Shown in pieces: positions 17,339 through 28,424 of a stretch of DNA of 64,000 nucleotides. Every line of letters begins with the position of its first letter. Position 1 is the first letter of the stretch. The position numbers were made by a program, and so were the translations under genes. Location of the stretch: contig JBGPKT010000001.1 of assembly GCA_041486115.1 (NCBI GenBank), positions 405 to 64,404 of the forward strand. Reading direction: 5' to 3'. The DNA is from Nitrospiria bacterium. Its GTDB lineage: Bacteria > Nitrospirota > Nitrospiria > JACQBW01. Under the pieces are notes generated by a model. It had not been told where the DNA came from. It was given only the letters and a program-made list of their open reading frames with translations, and did not search any database.

Positions 17339-17877
17339 CTTTTTTTTATTTTCCTGTCCGACTTTCCGACCTTTGGATCGGTCGGTTTAATGACCGAATG
17401 GATCGGTCGGTCCAAAAACCGGAACAGAGAGGCCATTTCGACGGCAGAAAGAGCGGCTTCTCTCCCTTTATTGTCTTTTCCTTCAGACCGTCTGAGCGCC
17501 TGCTTCAGATGATCGACCGTCAGCACGCCGAACAGAACAGGGACGCCGGTTTTTAACCCGACCTCCATGATACCACGGGAGGCCTCCGAACAAATATAGT
17601 CGAAATGAGGGGTATCGCCCCGGATCACGGCGCCGAGACAGATCAGCGCGTCGACGATGCGGCATTGAATGACCCGGGCGGCGGCCTGAGGAATTTCAAA
17701 AGCCCCCGGGACTTCAAAGATCAGAATATGTTTCTCCTCCGTCCCGCATTCCTTTAATCCCTCGACGGCCCCCTCCAGTAATTTTTCGGTGACCCGGGGG
17801 TTAAAACGGCTGACCACTATTCCAAACTTCAAGCCCTTGCCGGAAAGCCCTATTTTCTTCTCAACCGGAGTTCTCAC
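17335..17877 (-). CDS. ribH: 6,7-dimethyl-8-ribityllumazine synthase with about 29-aa repeat-encoded C-terminal tail
   Basis: FGIVVSRFN..., GAFEIP, VIRGDTPHFDYI motifs. The tail RFLDRPIHSVIKPTDPKVGKSDRKIKKR comes from repeat copy E. Confidence 0.9.
   Translation of the reverse strand: MRTPVEKKIGLSGKGLKFGIVVSRFNPRVTEKLLEGAVEGLKECGTEEKHILIFEVPGAFEIPQAAARVIQCRIVDALICLGAVIRGDTPHFDYICSEASRGIMEVGLKTGVPVLFGVLTVDHLKQALRRSEGKDNKGREAALSAVEMASLFRFLDRPIHSVIKPTDPKVGKSDRKIKKR
17353..17423 (-). repeat. dispersed modular repeat copy E (tail + two units), forms the ribH 3' end
   Basis: CCTGTCCGACTTTCCGACCTTTGGATCGGTCGGTTTAATGACCGAATGGATCGGTCGGTCCAAAAACCGGA. Confidence 0.85.
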
Positions 17878-17941
17878 ATTTTACCTGATGCTCGTTTTAT
17901 TTGGGGGCCTTCAATCATTCGCTCTCATTACCCCCAATAAA

Positions 17942-19144
17942 CTATACTTTTTTTAGAAGATGGCCGAGCTTGTCTTTTTTTGTTTTTAAATAGCGGAGAA
18001 TCTGCTGATGCGGCGCAATTTCGATGGGGACCCTTTCTACAATTTTTAATCCGAATCCTTCGAGCCCCACGACCTTTTTAGGATTATTGGTCAATAAGCG
18101 GATATTTTTCAAACCGAGCGCAAGAAGTATCTGAGCGCCAATTCCATAATCTCTCAGGTCAGCTTTAAAACCGAGTTCTAAATTGGCTTCAACGGTATCA
18201 AGCCCCTCTTCCTGAAGCTTATAGGCCTTAATCTTGTTCACGAGGCCGATTCCCCTGCCTTCCTGGTGCATATAGAGAATGAGCCCTTTTCCTTCTTTTT
18301 CGATGATTTCCATGGCTTTATGGAGCTGGTCTCCGCATTCGCAGCGCCGGGACCCAAAGACATCTCCGGTCAGACAACCCGAGTGAATTCTCGTCAGAAC
18401 GGGCTCCTCGCCTGCAACTTCCCCTTTGACCAGGGCCACATGAGACTCATGATCGATATCATTTTCGAATATAACCGCTTTAAAATCCCCATAGTCGGTC
18501 GGAAGATGCGAGTCGGCCACCCGCCTGACCAGGACCTCTCCCTTGACCCTGAATTCAATTAAATCTTTAATGGTAATGATCTTGAGGTGATGCTTCCTGG
18601 AAAATTCCATCAGCTCGGGGACTCTCGCCATCGTTCCGTCCTCGTTTAAAATTTCACAGATTACCCCGGCGGGATACAACCCGGCGAGCCTTGCCAGATC
18701 GACCGACCCCTCAGTATGCCCGGATCGTTTTAAAACTCCCCCTTTCTGAGATTTTAAGGGAAAGATATGGCCGGGCCTGCCAAAATCGGAGGGATGGGCT
18801 TTGGGATGGAGGGCTTGCAGAATCGTATTAGAACGGTCGGCGGCGGAAATGCCGGTGGTGTTCCCTTTCTTCGCGTCAATGGACACCGTAAAGGCGGTCC
18901 CCGTCGGCGCCGTATTTTCCGGGACCATGGGAGCAAGCTGGAGCTCCTCGGCCCTTTCGGGAGTCAAAGCAAGGCAGATCAGGCCTCTTCCATATTTAGC
19001 CATGAAATTAATCGCTTCCGGCGTGGTTTGATTGGCCGCCAGGACGAGGTCTCCCTCATTTTCCCGGTCTTCATCGTCGATCAGAATGATCATCTTTCCT
19101 TGTTTGATATCGGCAACGGCCTCCTGAATGGTATTAAAGGTCAC
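17942..19144 (-). CDS. ribBA: bifunctional 3,4-dihydroxy-2-butanone-4-phosphate synthase / GTP cyclohydrolase II
   Basis: 400 aa. [10 protein letters not shown] (RibB) and CECGDQL...EGRGIGL (RibA). GTG start with AAGGAG SD. Confidence 0.92.
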   Translation of the reverse strand: MTFNTIQEAVADIKQGKMIILIDDEDRENEGDLVLAANQTTPEAINFMAKYGRGLICLALTPERAEELQLAPMVPENTAPTGTAFTVSIDAKKGNTTGISAADRSNTILQALHPKAHPSDFGRPGHIFPLKSQKGGVLKRSGHTEGSVDLARLAGLYPAGVICEILNEDGTMARVPELMEFSRKHHLKIITIKDLIEFRVKGEVLVRRVADSHLPTDYGDFKAVIFENDIDHESHVALVKGEVAGEEPVLTRIHSGCLTGDVFGSRRCECGDQLHKAMEIIEKEGKGLILYMHQEGRGIGLVNKIKAYKLQEEGLDTVEANLELGFKADLRDYGIGAQILLALGLKNIRLLTNNPKKVVGLEGFGLKIVERVPIEIAPHQQILRYLKTKKDKLGHLLKKV

Positions 19145-19260
19145 TTTTTCACCGGCTCCTTATTCAACACGTGTTCAAACCTTTTAACGGACTCAAGAAT
19201 AACTCTTTTAAATATATAAGAACGGGAGACGAAAATCAACATCGCGTTGTCCCCCTAAAA

Positions 19261-19374
19261 CAGAGATAGGATTTGCAACCCCTTGTTTTGCCTGTCATCG
19301 CGAGCACCCATAGGGTGCGTGGCGATCTCGGTTCAAGATGGCGAGATTGCTTCGCTTCGCTCGCAATGACAACT
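19261..19374 (+). repeat. about 114-nt REP/MITE-like palindromic element, copy 1
   Basis: CAGAGATAGGATTTGCAAC...TGTCATCGCGAGCAC...GCGATCTCGG...CGAGATTGC...GCTCGCAATGACAACT, with nested inverted repeats. Near-identical copy at 36131-36243. Confidence 0.85.
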
Positions 19375-19414
19375 GGTTGTCCCCCCCGGTCCTTTTGAAT
19401 CGGCACGAGGTCCG

Positions 19415-22087
19415 TTATTGACAGTGGGTGTCGATGGCCTGGAGAAGTTTCTCTTTGATTTCGCGGAGGCGTTCGGGGCGGATAATTTTTTCGTTTTGGC
19501 TGTCTTTGACGTAAAAAACATCAACAATCTGGTCGAGGCGGGTGGCAATTTTGGCGGAATAGACCGACAACCCGAGCTCAAAAAAGGCTTTCGTGATCAC
19601 ATAGAGAAGCCCCTGCTTATCCGAAGCGAAAATATCGATAACCGTACATTCATCAGAAGCATCGTTATCAATCTCCACAATCGCCGGAATCAGTTGAATG
19701 CTCTCCGCCATCTGCGGATCGCTTGTCATTCTCGACTGGAATAAGGCCTCTACGTTCTTTTCACCCGTCAGGACCTCCCGGATATTCTTTTTGACCCTTG
19801 CCCAACGTTCCTCAAAATGAATGTCCTCCAGATCGTAATCATAAACCTGAAAAGAATCGGCCACAACCCCTTTGAGCGTGGTATGGACCTGGGCTCCCGC
19901 AATCTGTAAACCATTGGCGGAAAGGGATCCCGATATTTTTGAAAAGATACCCGGCGTAATCGAATCATAGGTATAAACGGTCACTTCAGCGAGCCCTCTT
20001 TCCCTGTTCCGGTAAACGTCAACCAGCACCGGATCGGATTGAAGGGCGCTGATTCGTAACAGATAGGTCAGAATCTTCGAAGGTTCCATGGCAAAGAGGA
20101 TCCGGCGGGGGAGGGACTGGAGCATTTCTCTGATCTGCTCCGGGGAATAGGTTTTCTCTAATTCTTTAGTCAGAAATTTAAAAATGCTCTCTTCTTTCTC
20201 CTTTTCGGAGCTTTGCGTTTTTGTTCCCGTCAAAGCTTCCATCGTTTTTTGATAAAGTTCGAGCAGAAGGCTCTGTTTCCAGTCGGTCCAGGCATCGGGA
20301 CCGACCCCCTTGATATCGGAGTAGGTCACGAGGCAGAGCATTTTCAGCGTTTCCGGCTGGCCGGCCTCCCGGGCAAACTGGAGCAGGACTTTTTCGTCGG
20401 ACAGATCGCGGCGAAGCGCAATATGGGACATTAAAAGGTGATGTCTGACCAGAAAGACCACCAGCCCCCCCTCGTCCTCCGAAAGTCCGAGGGTTTCAAT
20501 CACCTTTTTTGTAATTTCCACGCCCCATTCGGTATGGTCCCCTCCCCTTCCTTTCCCGATGTCATGAAGCAGAAGGGACAGATGGAGCAGGTCTTTCCGC
20601 TTGATTTCTTTGTAGATCTGGCCAAGAAGGCCTTCTTTTTTTGCCAGAGCCTCTGCTTCTTCAATACATTTGATTAAATGCTCATCCACCGTATATTTAT
20701 GATACTGGTTATACTGCATCAGCCGGTTGACATGGCCGAACTCGGAGATATAGGTATCGAGAACGCGGGTTTGATGCATCAACCGGAGCAGCGGCGCGAT
20801 TCGCCCCGGCCGGCTTAAAATCTCCATGAATGTTTTATGGCATTCCGGAGATCGGAAAAAAGAGACATCCCGGAATTCCACGCTTCTTCTGAGGAGATCG
20901 ACCGCCTCTTCGGACATCGGGAGGCGGCGGGCTTGAGAGATCGAAAAAAGCTTTAAGACATATTCGCCGGAACTTAAAAATAACGCCCGTTTCTTTTCAT
21001 CCACCCGGATCTCATAAAGGGTCGCGATAAAACAGGGAGACACCCTTTTAAAAATCATTTTATCCAGAACTTTCCGGGCCAGGGTGCGGGGAATCGTCTT
21101 CCGGATAAAACGGGAGGATATCTGATGAATCGCCGTCGAGTGCCTGTAATATTGCTGCATGAACTGTTCGACTCCGAGCAGGTGAGGCTGGTCATTGTAC
21201 TTAAAAAACTCCGAAAGACGTTTTTGTTCCCGAAATGTCAAGATATCGGAGCTTTTCCCGGCATGGAAATGCATCTCGTTCCGGACGATCCAGAGAAAGT
21301 TTTGCGCTTCGGTGAGGGCGTTATACTCATGAGCGGTCAGATGCCCCTGTTTGTGAAGTTCAACCAGCGAATAGGCGCCATAACAGGTAAACGCCACCCA
21401 CTGCAAATAATGGATGTCCCTTAACCCCCCCTCGCTCCTTTTAATATTGGGCTCAAGTATATAAACCGTCGAACCGAACTTCCCCCGCTCTTTTTTGATC
21501 TGTTCCAGGAGCTCGCTGACATACCGGCTTTTGTCCCGTTCAACTACTTTTTGATAATAAATCCGCTGGAATTCCTGAAATAAATATTCACTCCCGGTCA
21601 GAAGCCTCGCCTCCATCAGCGACGTCCGGGCGGTCAGGTCATGAAACCCGATTTGAAGCGCGTCCTCAACAGTCCGGATGGAGTGCCCTATCGTAAACTC
21701 AAGGTCCCACAGCTGATAGAGCATTTCCCGTGAAATTTCTTCCGCCGCCTGTTTGCATTCGGGCTGGTAGAGAAACATGATATCCATGTCGGAAAAAGGA
21801 TTGAGTTCTCTCCTCCCGTATCCTCCGACGGCCACCAGGGAGATCCCTTCCTGAATATATTGCGACGAGGTCATTTCGTATTGAATCACCGCCTTGCGGT
21901 ATAGCCCGGTGAGGAGTTCGTCGGTCAGGCCGGTCAGCTCCCGGACAATGTGCCTTCCGGAGGCCCCCTTCTTGTGGAGTTCATAAAGGCTGAAGCGGCG
22001 GGTCTGGAGATACTCTTTAAGATTTTGAGTTCGTGTTTGGCGGTCTGCCGATTGATCGAGGATGTCTTTGAGAGATAACGAGTTCAT
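19415..22087 (-). CDS. glnD: bifunctional [protein-PII] uridylyltransferase / uridylyl-removing enzyme
   Basis: 890 aa: nucleotidyltransferase domain, HD domain (LLLHDIGKG), two C-terminal ACT domains. Confidence 0.9.
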   Translation of the reverse strand: MNSLSLKDILDQSADRQTRTQNLKEYLQTRRFSLYELHKKGASGRHIVRELTGLTDELLTGLYRKAVIQYEMTSSQYIQEGISLVAVGGYGRRELNPFSDMDIMFLYQPECKQAAEEISREMLYQLWDLEFTIGHSIRTVEDALQIGFHDLTARTSLMEARLLTGSEYLFQEFQRIYYQKVVERDKSRYVSELLEQIKKERGKFGSTVYILEPNIKRSEGGLRDIHYLQWVAFTCYGAYSLVELHKQGHLTAHEYNALTEAQNFLWIVRNEMHFHAGKSSDILTFREQKRLSEFFKYNDQPHLLGVEQFMQQYYRHSTAIHQISSRFIRKTIPRTLARKVLDKMIFKRVSPCFIATLYEIRVDEKKRALFLSSGEYVLKLFSISQARRLPMSEEAVDLLRRSVEFRDVSFFRSPECHKTFMEILSRPGRIAPLLRLMHQTRVLDTYISEFGHVNRLMQYNQYHKYTVDEHLIKCIEEAEALAKKEGLLGQIYKEIKRKDLLHLSLLLHDIGKGRGGDHTEWGVEITKKVIETLGLSEDEGGLVVFLVRHHLLMSHIALRRDLSDEKVLLQFAREAGQPETLKMLCLVTYSDIKGVGPDAWTDWKQSLLLELYQKTMEALTGTKTQSSEKEKEESIFKFLTKELEKTYSPEQIREMLQSLPRRILFAMEPSKILTYLLRISALQSDPVLVDVYRNRERGLAEVTVYTYDSITPGIFSKISGSLSANGLQIAGAQVHTTLKGVVADSFQVYDYDLEDIHFEERWARVKKNIREVLTGEKNVEALFQSRMTSDPQMAESIQLIPAIVEIDNDASDECTVIDIFASDKQGLLYVITKAFFELGLSVYSAKIATRLDQIVDVFYVKDSQNEKIIRPERLREIKEKLLQAIDTHCQ

Positions 22088-22118
22088 GCGCGGTCAATGA
22101 ATGAAGATCAAAAATTAG

Positions 22119-22149
22119 GCCAGAGGGGCGAACGAATTGCCCCTCTGGC
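22119..22149 (-). terminator. intrinsic terminator after glnK
   Basis: GCCAGAGGGGC-9 nt-GCCCCTCTGGC (11-bp stem), followed on the minus strand by CTAATTTTTG. Confidence 0.7.
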
Positions 22150-22165
22150 AATGAACACTATGGAA

Positions 22166-23937
<1,772 letters not shown>

Positions 23938-23971
23938 TTACTTTTCTCCTTAATCTGTAATTTTGATTTAT

Positions 23972-25108
23972 TTAAAAGGTGTGGACAATCCCCAATGTCA
24001 CCGTATTTTGAGTATCGGTCGGTGTCCCATCCTCTTTTACGAAAGGAGTCTTGTCAGATTTATCCTGACGAAGGTCCAGGCGGATTAAACAACCGGCCGC
24101 GGCATGTTCTAATGTCAAGGTCCCTTCACTTAATTTCTGGACCGCCCCGGTTGTAAAGCCATCTTTGTCATCAAATTGCTCATAGCGAACCACTGCCGCA
24201 TACGAAGAAGCGAATGCGTATTTGGCATACGCGGCATAACCCGACCATTTGGCATCGGGAGTCCCGGTACCGGTGGCCTGTTTCTGCGTTCCATCATCAT
24301 AATTGGCCATTAATGACAGGGAGTCGGTCATATTGTATGTGGCAACGACATCTAATAGGGATCTCGTATCGCTCCCCTCAGGACCGGTCATATAATTGAT
24401 CACGATCGGAAGCGGTTTTACCGGAGTAATCCCTAACTGAACGCCGTATGTTTTCCCATTATTGTTTTCAGTAACGTTATTCCAGCCGTTCACAATATTG
24501 CCCTGAACATACAACATATCGTTCACCGTATAGGTAAGGCGGGCGCCGGAATGGTAATAGGGAATAGCCCATGAAAAAAGGAGAGAACGGGTATAGTTCC
24601 AGTTGTCTTTGCTTTCGATCACTTCCGCGCCATGCTGGGTCACAAATTTACCAAAATCGAGTTGCAAACCAGGGAGAAGAAGCATGCTGGCATAAGCCTG
24701 CCGAAAGTTCTTGTATGCTGATTCAGTGGAGCTCGCTGTGCAAGAACTAACCGTGGTTACTGCCGCTGTGGTAACACAAGTTCCACCGGCAACCGCCTCT
24801 GCAGTTGGTCCATATGCCAATCCAATATAGAAACCAGCCTTATTCTTATCATCCACTGGTTTGATAATGTTTAACTCAACCAGACTTACCGCTAACTCAT
24901 TTGAGTCAAAGTCAAAATTGTGATACATATTATCCCCCAGACCATGTCTTCCGTTAAGATTGTAGCTGTAATACCCATCGACAAACCCGCTGAAGGTTAC
25001 CGTGTCGTACCATTTTGGAGCTTTTGCCTCCTCTGCGCGAACGGTCTGAATCGATGCAGTCAAAATCAACAAACTCATCGCAAATCGTATAGCAAGTGTC
25101 TTAAACAT
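23972..25108 (-). CDS. outer-membrane beta-barrel porin (first gene of the porin-amtB-glnK operon)
   Basis: Signal peptide MFKTLAIRFAMSLLILTASIQTVRA, alternating beta-strand pattern, C-terminal aromatic ...GIVHTF. Confidence 0.7.
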   Translation of the reverse strand: MFKTLAIRFAMSLLILTASIQTVRAEEAKAPKWYDTVTFSGFVDGYYSYNLNGRHGLGDNMYHNFDFDSNELAVSLVELNIIKPVDDKNKAGFYIGLAYGPTAEAVAGGTCVTTAAVTTVSSCTASSTESAYKNFRQAYASMLLLPGLQLDFGKFVTQHGAEVIESKDNWNYTRSLLFSWAIPYYHSGARLTYTVNDMLYVQGNIVNGWNNVTENNNGKTYGVQLGITPVKPLPIVINYMTGPEGSDTRSLLDVVATYNMTDSLSLMANYDDGTQKQATGTGTPDAKWSGYAAYAKYAFASSYAAVVRYEQFDDKDGFTTGAVQKLSEGTLTLEHAAAGCLIRLDLRQDKSDKTPFVKEDGTPTDTQNTVTLGIVHTF

Positions 25109-25181
25109 ACTTTCTCCTTTTTTTAATTAATGAATAATAGTGATAGTTTTTGAAATCGTCGATTTCTTACCAAGGTAAGAT

Positions 25182-25198
25182 AGCAATCTTAATGCCAG
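25182..25198 (-). promoter_or_regulatory. sigma-54 (-24/-12) promoter for porin-amtB-glnK
   Basis: Minus strand reads CTGGCAT-TAAGA-TTGCT, matching TGGCAC-N5-TTGCW. About 75 nt upstream of the porin ATG (25108). Confidence 0.75.
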
Positions 25199-25365
25199 AA
25201 TCTTGACTATTTATAACCTATTGATTTATATGATCTATTTTGTTTATACTATTTTTAAATATCTCTTTCACAATAACTACTCTACAAAATTGTCGTATAT
25301 TTTGGAGGAAATTTTTGTGTCTATTTTTTATAACTTATTGATATAATTAAATAATATTAATCCCT

Positions 25366-25393
25366 ACATAAATGTATGAAGCTACATTTATGT
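25366..25393. repeat. 11-bp perfect inverted repeat ACATAAATGTA-N6-TACATTTATGT
   Basis: Overlaps the mog stop codon and lies about 170-190 bp upstream of the sigma-54 promoter. Candidate enhancer-binding-protein site or weak terminator. Confidence 0.45.
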
Positions 25394-25918
25394 TTTCCTC
25401 CTGACCAAAGTCAGGGCGCATTCCGCCGGATCCCCTTTTATCTTCTCCAAAACATGGGGAAGTACCGGTAAAAGGATATCGAAACTCTCCCGCACTCCTT
25501 TGGGACTTCCCGGGAGGTTGATAATCAAAGTTTCATTCCGGGTGCCGACCACTCCCCGTGAAATCATCGCCCGGAAAGTCTTTTTATATCCTTCGATCCG
25601 CATCGCCTCGGCCATACCGGGGATTTCCCGATCAATCACCCGGAGCGTCGCATCAGGTGTCACGTCCCTGGGGCTTACCCCCGTTCCACCGGTGGTCACC
25701 ACAAGGTCTATGGCCCCGTTATCGGAAAGGAATTTTAATTTCTCCTCGATCTCTCGTTGTTCATCCGGCAGAACTTCGTACACGGCCACTCTGGCCGGGA
25801 GTTTTTCCAGCATCTGATAAAGGATCTTGCCGCTGGTATCTTCCCGCTCTCCACGGGCGCCCCTGTCGCTAAGCGTTAATATAGCCGCTCTCCACATTTT
25901 CACCATCTCCTTATTCAT
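25388..25918 (-). CDS. mog: molybdenum cofactor biosynthesis protein MoaB/Mog family
   Basis: LTLSDRG..., TTGGTGVSPRDVTPDA motif. Confidence 0.85.
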   Translation of the reverse strand: MNKEMVKMWRAAILTLSDRGARGEREDTSGKILYQMLEKLPARVAVYEVLPDEQREIEEKLKFLSDNGAIDLVVTTGGTGVSPRDVTPDATLRVIDREIPGMAEAMRIEGYKKTFRAMISRGVVGTRNETLIINLPGSPKGVRESFDILLPVLPHVLEKIKGDPAECALTLVRRKT

Positions 25919-25927
25919 GCTCCTTAT

Positions 25928-27142
25928 TCATGACGGGAGGAGTTGCACGGTCGCCTTTTCCCCCGCGTGAAACGACTCCCGGTCCTCCGGCAGGACCACC
26001 AGGCTATTGGCCTGAGCCATCGACAGCGAAATGCCGCTCCCCTGATCGCCGGTGAATCGGGTGCGATACCCCCCGCTCTTCCAGATCGTTACCGCCCGGA
26101 TAAAGTGTCTGGTGCCGGGCGGTTTCCGGTAATCTTCTTCCAGTTCGGCCTCCACCAGGGGGAGACTTGTTTCCCCGGCTCCGATCATTTTCCGGATTGC
26201 CGGACGGACAAACTGATAAAAAGTGACCATGCAGGAGACCGGATTGCCCGGGAGGCCGAAAAGAAGCCCCGCTCCCTCCCGTATTGTCCAGAAAGTCATC
26301 GGATGGCCCGGCCGCATCGCAACCTGCCAGAATTTCATTTCGCACTCCAGGTTCTTGAGGACCTCTTTCACAAAGTCATATTTCCCTTTTGAGACGCCGC
26401 CGGCAACGATCGCGATATCGCCGGAGAGCGCTTCTCCGATCTTGCTCTCCAGGTCTTTCTCCCTGTCCAGGGCCGCCGGCAGGGTCACCGGAATTCCGCC
26501 CGATTCCCTGACGAGCGCCGCAAGAGCATAACTGTTGCTATTGACAATCATTCCCGGATCAAGGGCCTCTCCCGGTTCCGCCAATTCGTCTCCCGTGGCC
26601 AAAACGGTAACGACAGGTCTCCGATAGACCAGTACCGAGGCATAACCCGCAGTGGCAAGAAGTCCTATCTCCCCGGGCCGTCCCCGGGTGCCAGCCGGAA
26701 TCACCGGATCCCCTTCCTTGACATCTTCACCTTTTAACCGGATATGTTCTCCCTTTTCACAGGGTTTGAAGACCTTCACCTGATCTCCCGCTCGCCCGGT
26801 ATTTTCTACCCTGACCACCGCATCGGCGCCCGGCGGGATAGGCGCGCCGGTCATAATCTGAATCGCCTCTCCGCGGCCCACCGGCCGGAAGGGCATCTTG
26901 CCCGCCTGCAGTTCTCCCACCACGTTGAGGGTCGCCGGAGAATCCGGCGTTGCGTCGCGGATATCTTCCCGGCGGACCGCATATCCATCCATGGCCGAAT
27001 TGTCCCACGGGGGATGTTCTCTCCGCGAGACGATCTCTTCGGCCAGAACCCGTCCGAAAACATCCTGAATCGGCACCCGCTCTTTTCCCATGCGGCGAGT
27101 CTGACCTAAAATAATTTTAAGGGCTTCATCCACTGAAACCAT
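25928..27142 (-). CDS. moeA: molybdopterin molybdenumtransferase MoeA
   Basis: 404 aa: MoeA N-, MoCF-binding (TGDEL, GGVSKGKYD) and C-terminal domains. Confidence 0.9.
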   Translation of the reverse strand: MVSVDEALKIILGQTRRMGKERVPIQDVFGRVLAEEIVSRREHPPWDNSAMDGYAVRREDIRDATPDSPATLNVVGELQAGKMPFRPVGRGEAIQIMTGAPIPPGADAVVRVENTGRAGDQVKVFKPCEKGEHIRLKGEDVKEGDPVIPAGTRGRPGEIGLLATAGYASVLVYRRPVVTVLATGDELAEPGEALDPGMIVNSNSYALAALVRESGGIPVTLPAALDREKDLESKIGEALSGDIAIVAGGVSKGKYDFVKEVLKNLECEMKFWQVAMRPGHPMTFWTIREGAGLLFGLPGNPVSCMVTFYQFVRPAIRKMIGAGETSLPLVEAELEEDYRKPPGTRHFIRAVTIWKSGGYRTRFTGDQGSGISLSMAQANSLVVLPEDRESFHAGEKATVQLLPS

Positions 27143-27161
27143 GCCAAACCTCCTATTGATT

Positions 27162-28424
27162 TTAAACTCCGGGAACCGGAACCCGCTTCATCAAAAACTC
27201 CGCCGTCATCCCGGCGGCAAAACCGACGGCAATATTGCCGGTTCCCGCTGACACGGTTCCAATCAAAAGAACGACGAAAGCCGCATTCCTTCCGGAAAAG
27301 ACATCCCGGACCAAAAGCCCATGTTCCACGCCCGCATAAACCAGAAACGCCCCCAGGATGGGAACAGGAATAAGGGCAAAGAGGCGGTGGACCGAATTTC
27401 CAAATAAAAAACCTGACGCAAGAAAGAGGAGACCTGTAAAGATCGTCGCTCTGCCGGTTCTGGCGCCGAAGAGGTAATGGGACGTCAACCCGCCTGCGCC
27501 ATGACAGCAGGGAAGCCCGCCGAAAAACCCCCCCAGCAAATTTCCCAGGCCCAAAGAGACGCAGAGGGCCCGGGGCGTTACTTTTTTAGCTTGCTGTCCG
27601 AAATAATCCCGTGAGACCTGGCAGCAAGAGACTACCGAGTTGGCAAAGGTCAGGGGAATTTGCGGGATCACCAGCAAGGCAAAAGCCGTTCCAAGTTCAT
27701 TCCAGGAAGGGACGATCGGTTCCGGAAAAGCGCGAGGGCTCCCCGGGAGAGGGAACAAAGGGTAGGGCATTCGGAATTGATGATCCGATGCAAGTCCAAT
27801 CACGGCCCCCAAAAGCATCCCCGCCGGAAGAATAATCATCGTCGCCGGAATTTTGGTCTTTGGTAACAGGAGAAAGAGAAACAGACCTGTTCCGATTCCT
27901 AAAACCATGGAAAAATAAGGCGATTCGAAGACCGGCCCCATTCCGGAAAAGATTTTAGCCGGAGACATCATCAGCGAGAGCCCCTGCTTGACAAGGAACA
28001 GCCCGATGGCCAGTTGAATCCCCCTGATGACCGGCCGGGTGAAAATCTTCTCGAGAAGGCTGGCCAGGTTTCCGAAGGCCAGAATCAGCAAAATTCCGCC
28101 CATCAGAATACCGGCGGCTCCGACCAGCCGGGAGGAGGCCCCCATCGCTAGCGCCGTTACGGCCATTGCCTTAAGGGGCTGAACAGGGAGCGGTATTTTA
28201 AAATAATAGCCGGTTATCAGATAATGGAAGCCGATAAAAATAAAGACCGCCGCAGGCGACAGCCCGTTATTCATGATCAGCAGAATCGCCAGAGGGAGGA
28301 GAATTCCCAGGTCCCCGAGCCCCCCTCCGATCTCCCGGACAAATCGTGAACTCCCATGCGTCTGAATCAATTGGCCCTCCGGATGACTTTCATCTCTTCG
28401 GGGGTATTGATATTGGTCAGGCAT
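27162..28424 (-). CDS. putative sulfate/molybdate transporter (MOT1-like, SulP-related membrane protein)
   Basis: About 10-12 TM helices. N-terminal GGLGDLGILLPLA resembles the MOT1-family signature as I recall it. Embedded between mobA and moeA. The annotated start overlaps the mobA 3' end by 58 nt, so the true start may be internal. Confidence 0.6.
   Translation of the reverse strand: MPDQYQYPRRDESHPEGQLIQTHGSSRFVREIGGGLGDLGILLPLAILLIMNNGLSPAAVFIFIGFHYLITGYYFKIPLPVQPLKAMAVTALAMGASSRLVGAAGILMGGILLILAFGNLASLLEKIFTRPVIRGIQLAIGLFLVKQGLSLMMSPAKIFSGMGPVFESPYFSMVLGIGTGLFLFLLLPKTKIPATMIILPAGMLLGAVIGLASDHQFRMPYPLFPLPGSPRAFPEPIVPSWNELGTAFALLVIPQIPLTFANSVVSCCQVSRDYFGQQAKKVTPRALCVSLGLGNLLGGFFGGLPCCHGAGGLTSHYLFGARTGRATIFTGLLFLASGFLFGNSVHRLFALIPVPILGAFLVYAGVEHGLLVRDVFSGRNAAFVVLLIGTVSAGTGNIAVGFAAGMTAEFLMKRVPVPGV

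Noticed and set aside
19145-19260. Expected FMN riboswitch upstream of ribBA
   Set aside because: I read the minus-strand leader and found none of the conserved RFN segments (GGGCGGGG...CCCACCGGCGG-type). The spacer is mostly the REP-like element plus AT-rich sequence.
19333-19581. 82-aa ORF ending in ...TSCHCERSEAISPS
   Set aside because: Its C-terminus is the literal translation of the 114-nt palindromic repeat, and the rest overlaps the glnD 3' end in another frame.
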